DNA of 63,975 nucleotides, the filler included, from Phoronis australis (lineage: Eukaryota > Animalia > Phoronida), in assembly GCA_002633005.1 (NCBI GenBank). It is 9 parts of 9 records of this genome, joined end to end, with 100 filler letters (N's around TTAATTAATTAA, not from the genome) between each part and the next. Parts side by side here need not be neighbours in the genome. Positions count along the whole stretch, not along the records: positions 19,880 to 47,646 come from NMRA01000255.1; 8 more parts are not named here. One strand, written 5' to 3'. Of the stretch, positions 26,953 to 40,353 are shown in pieces. The number at the start of each line of letters is the position of its first letter. Position 1 is the first letter of the stretch. A model generated the notes under the pieces. The model made no database searches. It saw only the letters and a list, made by a program, of their open reading frames with translations, and had not been told where the DNA came from. A program made the position numbers and the translations under genes.

Positions 26953-28009
26953 TAAAGGCCACAGATTGGTCCTCTTCAAACATTGACATCCTTAGTAACA
27001 GCAACACTAGACCACTCTCCAGTCAAATGCTCACGATACTTCAGTCAGGTAACACAGGTCGAGAACAATCCGCACAGGTACACGCAATACGTTTTGTCAT
27101 TTTAAACCGAAAAGTCGATTAATGAATGTCCTTGTTTACGTATGCGCTGATTTTAAAGTTCGTACTCATGTTTTGGCCAAATACAAATGTGACCATGATA
27201 TGCCGCTGCCTATGTAGTACTGCGCTGATACTTCAGACTGTAAGTGTAAACGTTTTTTATTATCATACTGCTGATGTTATACATCTCATGATTCATTGTG
27301 TACTGAATTGTACCAAAATTGGGAATAAACGGTGTTTTGGGTGTTCTTTACAGCCGGTCTAAAATGTGGAAGTAACGACATCTAATGGAATAGTCAACTC
27401 CAGTAACGTTTCGGCTTACACAACTCCGACTGCGCGCTGGAGGCCGGAACGAGAGTAAGTCGTTTGCACCATCGGGCACTACAAAAACGTGTTCACGATA
27501 CCTGACCATTACTCGCGATTTTTGGGCGATTATTGATATGACCCAGCGGACTAAACGTCGTGTCTGAATGTGTGAAATGCCATTGCTAATACCGTTCTGG
27601 AAAAGCCAGAAGAGACCTATACCGAGTATCACTTGATTGGCGACCTACACGTGCGTGAAATATTTCAGGTATTGCAACAGAGAACAAATGCACAATACTC
27701 AAATAAGCAACTCAAACATAAAACAACATAAACTCACTTCATTCGCCTCTGTTAGTCACTGCCAATTTACCAAGTAAGCTATCGAATCCATAGCATTTGC
27801 AGTCGACGCCTTAATGTTTTATGAAATTTATTCATTTCCTGCTTTGAAGGTTAATTATTTGTCAGGACATTGTGTACACATGTAAATTTTTGATAGCGCC
27901 GGCAACGGTAGTGAGACAACTGAGCAGACGATAGTAACACGAAGTGGATCAGGCGCTATTTTGACCGCCAATTGTACTATGCTTAGAACTTGTGATATCA
28001 ATTTGCTAA

Positions 28010-28900
28010 TTGCAACAAGACTCGGATGAACTCTGCTCAAAATTTAACACTTCTAGATGCGCAAGTCAGAGCTGTTTCGAACTGTCTTTGAAATATTATA
28101 CTGATCAAAGTATTTTAATATCATTTGTGCATGCAATAACTGTTGTAAAAGGAAGTACCAGCCTTTGTACCGATTATGTTATTAAGTGCTTTGAAAGACT
28201 AATACTCTTTGAAGATGCTGTGCAGGTTTTAGGGTATGTGTTGTTACCTAAGGGATTTCACATGTCCACACGCTTGCCTATGCATTTCCTTTTGTATGCT
28301 GATGACACCTGCCTTACACACACACTTTAGTCTAAAAAAAAACAACAAACAACACAACTAAAATCGATAGTTAGCTATCAGACGTATTCACATGGCTATC
28401 AATCAGCAAACTGTCGCCACATGTCGGGACCAAAACTAAATACAAAGTATTCCACTTCTCTTAGGAAAATAACTCAACAATTAATACTACATGTAAGCTT
28501 CCTGCAAACAGTCATAACCTAATTTTCCTTAAACATTTAAATTTTTGGGACTAACATTTGACGACACTTTATTCTGGTCAGAACATATTATCAATAACAA
28601 CGTTGTTGGCTGCACTGTGGCCACTGACCCTTATACTATTTATTCTAATAAACAAAAGCAGTATTCATTTGGTGCAAACAAAAATTACTTAAACCTGTCG
28701 TGTACTCACGAAATACCCGTCTTTATTGGCCCTTAATACTATTTACTACATTTGACCCATACTCACTAAATTATTGGAATGAAAAATAGCAGCAGACAAC
28801 AACTTCTTCAGAAACGTGCTTTAAGAGTTACAATCAAACCACGCCACCTCAGCTTGAAGACTATATTTCACGTTTTTGCACAGCAAACTTCCACATCACT
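28010..28900 (+). mobile_element. Decayed CR1/L2-type LINE reverse transcriptase remnant
   Basis: HFLLYADDTCL, then FLGLTFDDTLFWSEHI and LLQKRALRV fragments in the expected order, broken by stops and frameshifts. Confidence 0.75.
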
Positions 28901-31900
28901 TTCAAACTAATTCCATTCGCTTCTTGCTGGTATCTGGCACCGCAAGCTAATTATATTGATATTTGCATTCATGTGCCTAAATGATATCAACTTTTAGGTT
29001 GTTGTATAACAAGTTTGCAAAATTTATGCTACTAATTGCCACCATTATTTAAAAATGATGTTTATTAAAATTCTGTTTCGGCTGCTATGTTAAATTACTT
29101 CAAAGCGCTACATGAAGATTCTTTATATTTGTAAACGCTTTTGTGGTCAGTGAATTTAACAAAATCAGTACGCTGGTCATTACGCCATGAATTTGCCTAA
29201 TTTATGTAAATTGAGACCACCAAGAATAGTTTGGCTCATCATCTTGGTTAGACAACTCTGAACAGTTTGATAAAAGTTCAAGAGCCTTTTGCGCGGCTAT
29301 GCCATCTGAAATAAGATCTGAAAATATTTTCAGAAGTGTGGCGCTAGTAATACTTTTAGTGAGGCCACTATGATCATGCACGCGGATATTCATTTGCTTA
29401 GTTTTACCTTCACCTCTAATTTGCTTTTCAATTGCAACATATGCTCAACCTTCTTGCCAAATTGGAAGAGCCATTTGAGTCCTTGCTCAGTCTATCATAG
29501 TCGCTCCAAAAAACCGTATTACGCAGTCAGTTCGGAATACCTTGTAGAGGAGTGAAACTGCAAAATGGTGATGATTCTGCCTTCTGATTGGTGAACGGAA
29601 CGAAACAAAATTCGGAAATTCCGATTGCATGGTTGGAAGTTGGGAAATCCCTTTTGGCAGCTATTTTTGACAATTGCGACTTGAGTTGCTGCATCCAGAA
29701 CAGGTTAAATCTTTTGATTCCACGAACGAGCTTGTTGTGTGATCACTAAGTCGTCCAAAGTAGCGCATGCACACTGAAGCCAATTCACAAAGTGATGAAG
29801 TCACGTCAGGTCAATCCTCCTGTGTGGCATTGTACAAGAGTGTAATATTGCTATTGGTCAGTAATGCAGCTAACTCATGCAACAACCAAACTTACCAAAT
29901 GGAGAGAGTCTGTCTAAAGTTATGTGCAACACAGTTCAAGCAACTACCTCATCCCTGTGGTCGTCAACTGAGGTTCGGATGAACACAGTAAGTCGCCGAG
30001 AGTCGAAAGAAAAACGCCTCAAAAGATCTCGTAACTCCGTAGCAGCCACTCGATGCAATTAAATCACGGTTGCTTTGTTTTCATCAAATTTAATATTTCA
30101 ATAGGTGTAGCGAACATGGAATCATGAAATACGCCTGTAGAACTCTGGCCTCACAAGCACGAGTCCATAGCCCGATCTCTGCGTTATGTCAGCCGTTTCC
30201 ATGTGGGCTTTTATTCGTTTTTACATTGAATCCTGTTGACAGATTTCGATCCAGTTCAAGCACGTTTACCTCATTTATATAACCCACAGCCCACTTGAAA
30301 AAACCCCATTAATGTTGAAAAAACCTACATTGGTCCTTCCAAGTGCTGGGTAAGGCTGTAATGTATAAAACATCTTGACTTAATTGTTTTTATTGCATTC
30401 GATACTTAACTGGACGTCATTCGATTGCGTGTCATTTAGGTAGACCTGGGAGGCCTGCAACCTTGGTGAGGGAAGAGCATCATTACTTGTCCAAAGATAT
30501 CCAAGGCAATCACACTCACCTTTCTTCTCATATCGTTGTCCATTTTTCTTAACAACATTATGATTGATTGAAGCGAAGTCAATTCTCTCAAGAACAGACC
30601 TTCCACCTTGTTTAAAGGTCTTGACAAATGGTGTCTCGTTTCCGGCCGCGTAGTAATTGCAAGGGGCTAATTGTGACACCTTAGAAAATACGGTTCTGTT
30701 TTAAAGTCAGTGGCCATGTTCTGCCAATTTGGACATTGGGGACAACCGGATAAATTATTTTGATGAAAATTTATATCAACATTTATATTACGATTATTGA
30801 GAACTCCTATACTCTGATTGGCTAAAACACGGTGCAATGACTTCCCTTATGAGATGATAACTTCCAGATAGCCATAGGATACCACTTTTTGTTCACGCCG
30901 GCCACTTGGAGGTCAGATATCGCTATTCGTGATTTGACTAATTACTTGTTGCAAAAACCTAATCTTGTAAATAAAGCTAACGAGGAGGCGATGTAGAAAG
31001 ACATGCCAGTATAACAGACATAGAAGTCAGAAAAATTAAGCAACGATGGCCGTAAAAATAATGTAGAGCAACTCTTGACACATAATATTAGCATTTATGC
31101 TGACGTCATTGGTCTGAAACATTGCTCTCTCTCGGTCCACATATAACGTGCTATGACTCCTCGAGATCTATCCATTTGCGTCGAGGAAGCACTCTGTTGA
31201 CCGAAGCAGAAGCGTGAGGTCAACATTGGCTCTCTCGAGTTTCACCGGCGATAACACGAGGTGACTCAGGACTCGTGGGAGATTCTCGCGTCTAGAAGGA
31301 TATGTCGTCAGACTAATTTTCTACCATGCTGTTGCACGCATACCAATCGCAAATGCAGTTTGTTAAACTCCTTTTAAGTCCGATCGATGTAATAGTTGCC
31401 GACAAGTAAAGTTGGTTAATTTTATTTATCAAAGACGGTAGTCGAAATAGATAAAGTGAGAGGAAATATAAAAAATATGCTCCGAAGAAATACGCCAACC
31501 GCCATGTGCAAAATACAAACACACATACCGATTGTACAACAGAAACGCGTGTGTGTGGAGAGCCGATACAGAAAAATACTGAGGAAAGAAAACGGGGACC
31601 ATAGAAAAAGGGGCGTGTGAACGCAGAGTAGTAAAGCGCAGAGGATTACCAGATCGGAAAAAGGGGTTATGGGAAGATCGAAGGCAATGCACAAGTAAAA
31701 TAAAATCCCAAGCACTAGTCGTGCGTCCGAAAACACGCAGGCTCGGTATACGTTCAAAATTATGTGCTCAAGATGATACGCTGGGCTTCGTGCGTATCCA
31801 TACCTCTGAATTTCGCACTAAGGTACTGGTAATTTCAAAAATCAAAAGCAATTAGACAAAGTTCTTGTTTCGTTTCTGATGCTCCCCTTACTCGTAATAT

Positions 31901-34900
31901 TTTGAAACTCGGCTTAAAACGATTTTTTGCCGCTCTACTTTAAAGCGGACATGCGAATGTCGATTTCCACAACATGCTGTTGACAGTTCTTTATGACCGA
32001 GCAAATTGTTTTCTGTTGACACTATAGATGTGTCTTCTTGCTAAAACAAGGTTATCACTGTAACAACGGCCAGGCCGGGGATGACTAAATGTACACTATT
32101 CTTTGAAAGTCTAATAAGTGAGTTTTCCTGATAAATTACGATTTATTCACAACACCTTTATTTGAAATGCTCAATAGAGTGAACTTTTAGTTTCAGACAG
32201 ATTGAATCGCTATGCTCCCTGTACGAACTACAATGTTTCACGGATGTGATAGCGTCTTACGTAATCCCTTTTGTACATTTTTGGTCAATGTTATGCGTTG
32301 TATGACAAAAATAGACGCTTAGTGCCCTCATTAAATGAGTGCAACCCCCGTTCATGTCTGTTACTCTTGATTCAATATTTCTCCGCCAACGCCAGCCACT
32401 AAAGAACGTGAAGAAAAGAAACAGATTACGAACACAATTCCTAATAACTTATGAATGCATATTTTTCATCTGATACTAATATTGCCGGTGACGTTAGACG
32501 AGGTTAGTTTTGTTTGCGATAGGCTCAGCCAGACATGTCGTTACTAAGTCCGCTGAATGAAAACTCAAAAGTTCTAAACTTCACAAAAATGTTGGATCCA
32601 GATTCAGACAAAACGGTAATGCTTAAACGCCATGCTTGACTAGCTTTATGATTACTTTTACGGATTTTGCTGACTGGCCAGTCATAAAACTCTGGATAAC
32701 ATTCATGTCGGCACATTACCCTGACCACCTAAGTACTAGAGCTCAGACTAACCATGGTTTATGGCTTTTTGATGCTGGGTGTGTAATGAACCACGGATAA
32801 TTTGGCCTGAAATTTACCGGAAGTGGTAGCAGAATTATGGTAGAAATTACCCTGTGACACTACATTGTAACCAGTTACTTAGTTACGAAAATTGCTGATA
32901 CCGGAAAGTGGGAAAAGCTCAACATATTCATTCATTTATTCACGGGAACTAATTGCAACTACAGGTGTACCATGGTTCTGCAGTTGACTGGATGGCGGTA
33001 TTTGACGGAAAGTCTAATCAGGAGATTGTCAAAATATACAGTTTAAAAAGTCATCCAAGTGATCGTAGATGAAGATCGAGGCAATAACTTCGATCTTCGG
33101 CTGATTGTCTCGTGCCGGACTGTTTGTGGAGATTGATGCTGAATGATCACTGGTCAACTAAGCACGTTCGAATCAACTATGTTTATGAAGTGGTTTCTGA
33201 TCATTCACTCAGCACAGCTACACTCAGAACCAAACCAGGCGTCACAGTCTAGACGGCGTTCAAAACCAACTCGAGGAAAAACATGAATGCACTGCCAACT
33301 CTAGGGCGATGCAAAAACCAAACTTCAGGTGTTGGGGGCGGGCGAAATGAGTGGCAGCCTGTGGGCACGTATTATTAGTCACAGATGACAGACAAATTCA
33401 TCTTCTTTCGTCTTTGAATTATTTCTACTTTTATAAATCAACGGATTCATAACTAAGTTACACGAGACTGAGAAAGTAGCCATTCTGAAGTTTATTTCTA
33501 AATTTTGAATAAGCGCCATCGTTGAATATTAGCTGTACAACAATCGCTTCCCGGGGGGTGGATGCTTTGTTCTAAAACACACGAACAAAAACATTCCACA
33601 ATACGCGTTTATTAGAAAACTTATAGCTTTTCTACGACTATACAATAAATCTGAGACCCTGTTGTATAATTAAGAAATTTTTGAATGAAACCCAAGTTAT
33701 AACGGTAAACAGTTAGCGCAGAGGCATTGGAAATATCGGACTTTGGGAATAAGAGTTTTTGAGCCACGTGAACGTCGGGCATAGTGAACGTAAGGGCAAG
33801 GGGATATTGGATATGGATGGCAACATAGTCTACCTTAGTAGCATTAGAAAAACATCGGTGGGGTAAATGTGGGAGAAGAGAAGCATTTCATTTGCTCTGT
33901 AAACTGAAGTAACAACATTTACATGTATCAAAATCATGCAGACGAGCTTTACAGTTGAAAAGGCCAACATGGATGTTTAAACTTGATCAAACCTGCTTTT
34001 CTGGATGTATTCCTAAATGGAACATACTTCAGAGACAAAACTGTAAGCGCGTTTGGGTGATTCATGATAACGATGTCATTGAGGGCACACATTATTTATT
34101 ACAGTAAAAATCATCAATTAGTACTGAAGTTTTACTCAAAAGTAAGTCACAAAAGCAATGTTCATTGAAAACAACAATACGCGTTAAGTTTATATTTTAA
34201 AAATATTCGTTGATGCTTGCCAATTTTTGTAATGGATATCAGCAGACCTGGAAAACTAGAGATTCCTCCGAGTTCCGTTTACAAGGCAGGGTATGCCGCC
34301 ACCTCTTGCTCAATAATGTTATACTAGGAGGGCATAAAATCCGTTTTTTTACAAAAATTTGCTACTTACAATGCAGGGACCTTTCGAATGTCAAACGCTT
34401 GGAGACATCTCTTACCACACACGAAAAATGAAATTTTCTCCCCCTAATTTGGTCACAGGATGTCAAGACTGGAACTACCGCCTAAGACTTCTATTTCGGT
34501 CTCAGGTGTAGCATGTGCAATTGCACTTTCACTGTTCGAAGACATAATTATAACAACGAGGACAAACCCAGAACTAAATGTTCCAATATAGATGAGCATT
34601 AACAAAATTCTAGACATTCTACAATTTTAACAGACAAGAACACTTATTTCCTTCACTTCATAAGCCGAACGTGTAAATCTTACAGAAATCTGATCACTAA
34701 GTTCTCTCTACGTGTAGTTATTTTACAACGAAAAAATCACAGATTTTAACAGAGCATCAAATGCTTTGCCGAATGACCATTCATGCTTTTGATAACTGGG
34801 CTTCCTTTCTGTTACTTACAGTACTAGTACTAGTACTACTTATCCGATAGTTGAATGATTCTAGAGGTTTAACTAAGATGGGACGTGCGTTCAGTAACTC

Positions 34901-35073
34901 TAGGACCTACGCTAGGACCTAGCTAGTCTAGCCAAAGCTACGTGTTCTCATATAAAGTACAAGGCAACATCTCGTGTAATCTAGCGAAGTCTTGCTTTTT
35001 AGCGAGGTCTCAGCGACCTTGAACAGGATGGGGGTTTCTCAATGTATTATTATTATGTACTGTAAATAAAGCG

Positions 35074-35076
<3 letters not shown>

Positions 35077-35132
<56 letters not shown>
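35077..35132 (+). repeat. (CT)n microsatellite, probably the tail of a retroelement 3' end
   Basis: Visible (CT)n run, preceded by gtaaataaagcgttt. Confidence 0.9.
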
Positions 35133-35135
<3 letters not shown>

Positions 35136-36093
35136 CTCTCAGGCAACTTTTTCAGTAATTCGTCGCTAGCCTACAACATCCTGGTTTTTAGGGAGTGCAA
35201 ATACAATAAAGAATTTGTAAAGTATGTCAACGTATCCTTGAAAATGTAGTTCTCAAACTCGATATAAAAGGTTCTTTTTGAGGTACTATATTTTTAATGT
35301 CGATTTCCATTACTTGTTCTTCAGCAGTCCTTGGTGAGCCGACTCGTGGTCGTCAAAGACAGTCTCGTGAGCTGGAGTCTGGCATTTACAACATAATCCA
35401 AAAACCAACGCATGCTATCTTATTCGTGTCCTGCACAAAGTGATCACTTCCTGCAGTTAGTTGGATATATTGCAGTCATTGACCTGTCTAGTCCAACCCA
35501 GCACGCGCGTTGCTCGAAGTAATCACTGTGACACTGCGTGGGCCTACCTAATTTATCGTCCACTTCTATAACTTTGCAAGATGAGTAACATAGTGATTTT
35601 TTCTGATAAATTACAGTTTATTCACGACACTGACATTAGCAGTGTTTGAATGTGCGAGTTTTAGTCATTACGACATCGGCCTGACGAGAGCTATCTTCTG
35701 TGTCTCGGATGCGCCTCATCACTCATTTTTATATACTTCTTTGGTTAATATCATTCTTGGTTAGCATACTACATCTTCACATGAAATGACCTCATATGAA
35801 CAGGTATCGCAAGTGAAAATTTTCTGCCAAACCTGCATGCGCGCACTCAGCCTAGAATACAGGAGGGCTCGAATTTTTTACAACGTGGACCTTTTACTAT
35901 CAAAAAACGAGGACTAAAACAAAAAGGTGTGAGGGATTCCAGGGGCGGATCCAGGATTTTGAGTTGGGGAGGCAGGGCAGAGTATTAGCCTTGCCCGTCA
36001 GACATTCGCACCCCCGATTCGAACTGCCAAATGGAATCTAGGGGAATTTTAAGGGGTCATGGCCCCTTGGCCTCCTCTCTAAATCCGCCACTG

Positions 36094-36325
36094 GATTCAC
36101 CGATGTATACATGAAGACGACCCTGGTCATACTGGATCTGATATAGAACACACGACGGACCCACTGCTGTAGGTGACCACTTAGTTTCATCTGGCCAAAC
36201 CGTCAACATGGGCAATACTCGAGTTTTATCCAGAGAGGAACATTGGCACTCCCGTAAGATCAAAGATTCCATTTACATCGAACAATGCAACCCTCCACTT
36301 AACCGTGGCTAGGGACTGCTGCTTC
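36094..36325 (+). mobile_element. Penelope-like element remnant (GIY-YIG endonuclease C-terminal part)
   Basis: Manual translation TAVGDHLVSSGQTVNMGNTRVLSREEHWHSRKIKDSIYIEQCNPPLNRG*GL. Confidence 0.75.
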
Positions 36326-39300
36326 ACGATCAGTACTTTCGGATTCATAAGGACTGGAAGCACAGACAAGTAATCCAGGGCCTGAGTTGCAGACTTCAAA
36401 CATTGTGCTAACTGTAAATTTCTCTAAAAGTGACTTACTCTCATTTTTACCACATTATACTAGTTGTGAGACTGGGTTTTGCACGCGCAATCTCATGTTA
36501 ACAGTTTAGATAATAAGTGCGCGCGATCAAACTTGTTGAACACACGAGATGACGGGATGGATAAATTGATGTGCTGACTTCAGACTGATCACTTCGGACA
36601 GCAGAGTAATTATTAGATTTAGTTATCGATAGATCAGGGATTGAAATGCTGTTCTGGCAGATCAGACAACGTGATAACACGAATGCTGACCAGCGCGTCC
36701 ATTGTGGACACTATAATATCTAAATTTCCGTCAATGGGATTGTTTATTATAACCGCTGCAGTGAAATTTGTTCCTCCGTAACAAATAAATAAAACAAGAT
36801 AATTTGAAAGTTGATTTTCGAATATTTTACACAACTTTTTGACAAAAGCCTTACCTCACTGCTTCCCGTGAATTTATGCGTTGCGGTAAGGCGCTTCGAA
36901 ATGTATATATCTGGCGTACATCTAAGAACACAGCAAATTTTACGAGCCCAACTGAACTGACATCCACAGTTCGTTAACCAGGCGGCGCACGGTTTCAGTG
37001 GCAAAACAATCTTAATTGACAAAGATGGAGTGGATTGAATTAGGATCAGCCCCGTCATCTAATGACTGAGATTAGAATTAAATTGCCCTACACTCGGTGT
37101 TAACCCATAAATTGTGTGGAAATATTCTCACTGTATTGACCTCACTTCCTCAGTAGACGGGTGATTCAAATTCCAAGAACAATATTATTAAACTCAATAA
37201 AATTGAACTGTCACTTCGAGGATATTTTAGTTTTAGCTCCGTCGTGTTTATTTGTAGCGTTCATTGGGTGTAAACATGTTTTTAAAATACTGATGTTTGA
37301 CATGATGTTTTGTAGGCGGTTCTTACTTCTGTAACTCAATACTGGTCCTCTCTGAGTTTAATGTCGGCAACTCGCATTAATTGCACGTCTTAATTTAAAA
37401 CACACTTATACTATAGCCACTAAAGCAATTAACGTTAATGAGAAAGGCTAATCACCGTCGTCCACATGAGCGACTAGCTGGCTGAGTACAGGTAAGTTCC
37501 AAATGTCATTGTGGTTCAAACACGGAAACGTAAAAAGACGGTAATTGAATCGAAAACTGCATTATTAACAGGGCGCTTCATGAACATTTACCACCTGTTA
37601 CAGCGTTTACTCCGGTTCATAAGTGCGAACGCTTGTGTTAAAGGGCCAATGTAAATCCGACTTACGTCGCAAAAACCAACCAGATTTAGATCCATTCACT
37701 CCGTTGTGAAACTAATCCAAAATTGTTAAGTCGCTTAATTCAGGTTTAAAAGCACATCACGTTCAACACTCTTTCAATTGAAGGTGATAGCTTCAGTATT
37801 TCCACTAAGAAATTAATATGCAATGACTTTCAGTTAATAATGAATAAATTGAAAAATGGCAAAATAATCCAAACTATAGAATCAGTACATATCTGTACAT
37901 GGGTATAGCCGTCTCTGTGCCAAGACAGTTTACCAAAATCAAAATATAAATTTGCTTAATATATATAAGAGAAGACAGAATCCTAGTCCTGTTCATTGGC
38001 TTGCTAAAACCGTGAAGGTCCGCGGTTCAAGTCTACAACACAAAGATGTTAATCAGAAAACCACTTTATCGAGAATCCACTGAACTTCACACAAATCTTA
38101 AAAGTTGACGAAGTTCAATCGCGAACCAATTAATGAATATTTCAAATAGGTAATACATTGCAAATAACATGCTATATACAATAATTTGATGGTCACGCAA
38201 ATCATAAGGCACACTTCCCTTCCCTAACATCTTGTTTACATCGTTAGATATTATTTCACGTTACACTCATTTTTATCTTTTCGTTTTTATTCGAACACTT
38301 CTATAGCTCTGTGCTGTCACCTCACTTATTGCTATCTTTCTGCGGAATTCCAAAAACGTCCCTTGCATCATTCTCTTAAAGAGGTGCCTCCATGACCCTG
38401 TGTCTCAAACAGATTTTAGTGCATCTTGAGCCGACTTAATAGCTTTTAGTATACCTGTTGCTAGGAAACAAGCCAAAAGTCGGGAGTCGCACCTTGGTCG
38501 GCACACTTTTCAGGGAATCGACCGTGTTTCGAGCAAACACGAAAGCGACGTTATGATGAAGGACTCACCACCTTGAACGTGTTTTTGCAAAATTTATAAA
38601 TTACGAACGAACTGCTTCTGTTCTAGGTCGAGTGATGCCAGGCCACCGACAACATCGAGCGCAACGACATGTAGACTAATGCATTGTGCTTAGACCGTGG
38701 CCATTCCTTTGTAATGAATATGAATGACCCAGGTTCACTGTGGCCATTGTCAGTGGTGATGAAGTGTTTATTTTGTGAATATTGACCACCCCTTGGTTTA
38801 GTAGGTCGAGGCTCACATATGTCCGTAGGATTTCTCGTGCAAGTGGGTCGAGTTCATGGCCTCAATGCCGACGAAAGCTCTCAAAGTGGGAAATCGAATT
38901 CAACATCAGATTGTTCAAGTGCTTGAGTGAGATGACCGTACTCCTCTCTGTCTCCATAATAATTGTCCAGTTCTCGCTCAATATCATCCTCGTCTTCTGA
39001 CCTGCTGTGTTCCACCATTGCAATGGATTGTCAGCTGACCAAACGTCTTCCACCCTTTACATCATTTGGGGGGAAACTTGGAAATAACTTATTTTTCTTC
39101 AAAATTAAAAAAAACGCGACTATTTGGCATAAAAGTGCTTATTTAGTTAGATTTTATGGTATTCATTTCATATTAGCTAAACGAAACTTCAAAAAAATAA
39201 CAAGAAAATAAATGTTGGGTACTCTTTAAAAAAAACATTTTCTCAACTTCTCAGTAGTTTTGCAAGCAACCTCTTCCCGCCCACCTAAAATGAAACACGC

Positions 39301-40353
39301 ACATTCCGTCAGTGATCTTTTTAACATGTTGCGTAAGCGTTTCAAAACAAAATCGACTTACGATGTCGGATGTGGAGCACTTGTGTTTCTTCAGTAATCT
39401 CTTGGTGATTTTGAGTGACTGGGTTGAGTACTTGCAGCACTGGCCATTTATTGCTATACAACTGTAAATGAATGTTCGGTCAATGTGATCCGTTATGAGT
39501 AATTGCCGAGGTGACATTCCGGCAGGCGATTATTGTCTTACAGTTGTATATTTTTGAAAATGTTTTTTTTCTGACAGAATGTCACTGCAACTGCGAAGAG
39601 TGTATAAATGTGCATGTCAATCGTCACGACTGACGGCAGTAACAGCACCAAATATAATAACCATTTACAAAAAGGAGCCGACAATATGATTGATAATAAC
39701 ACAAGGAGAAAAGTAAATTGTAAAAATGGCACAGACAGCTAAACCACAACCCGGCAAAAACACAAGCCAACAAGTAGAGATAAGGTCTCGTCGACTGCTT
39801 CAGAAGACGGGCGGGGGGGGCATTTCTTCGTAACGAAGTATTTTGCGGTCGTCGATGTAAACAGTGAAGTTTATACAAAGATACTGTATACTAGAATAAT
39901 AGATTTGGTTTATAAAACCGTTCTTGCTTGCTGCGATAGTTAACGGACATCGAACGAAACGATAGGTGACGCTGTGGTCATCGAAGTTATTGCCTTGTTT
40001 CCTTGGACTCGGTTTATTGTCTTGTCTCCTTTCCATACTCAACGGTCCTGTATTACAAGGTAGGTTGGGGGACGAAAATTGAAACAAGTTTTCCAAGGTA
40101 TATCTGGCTCCTAAGGGGACCCTCGCCTCAGCGTTCTGTACAGCGTGGATGTTCTGTATGCGATGACAATTTTTCAGTTGAGAACTTTTTCGTGGAATAA
40201 GTGACATACAAGTGATCTTTCATTCGACTGGTCATTGTACGAGCAAAAATATTAGCAAAAATTAGCGACGACCCTACCCATTGTTGACGATCTTACGGCA
40301 GGGGTCTCTGATGATAATTTCGATAATACCGAAGTTAACCGTTCATACCGCAC

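Noticed and set aside
29200-30680. Coding-like minus-strand stretches with short ORFs
   Set aside because: No recognisable motif and many stops; unassignable.
38570-39060. Decayed coding-like segment on the minus strand (acidic MVEHSRSEDEDDIERELDNYY...; DNPLQWW in another frame)
   Set aside because: Stops in all frames and no confident family match.
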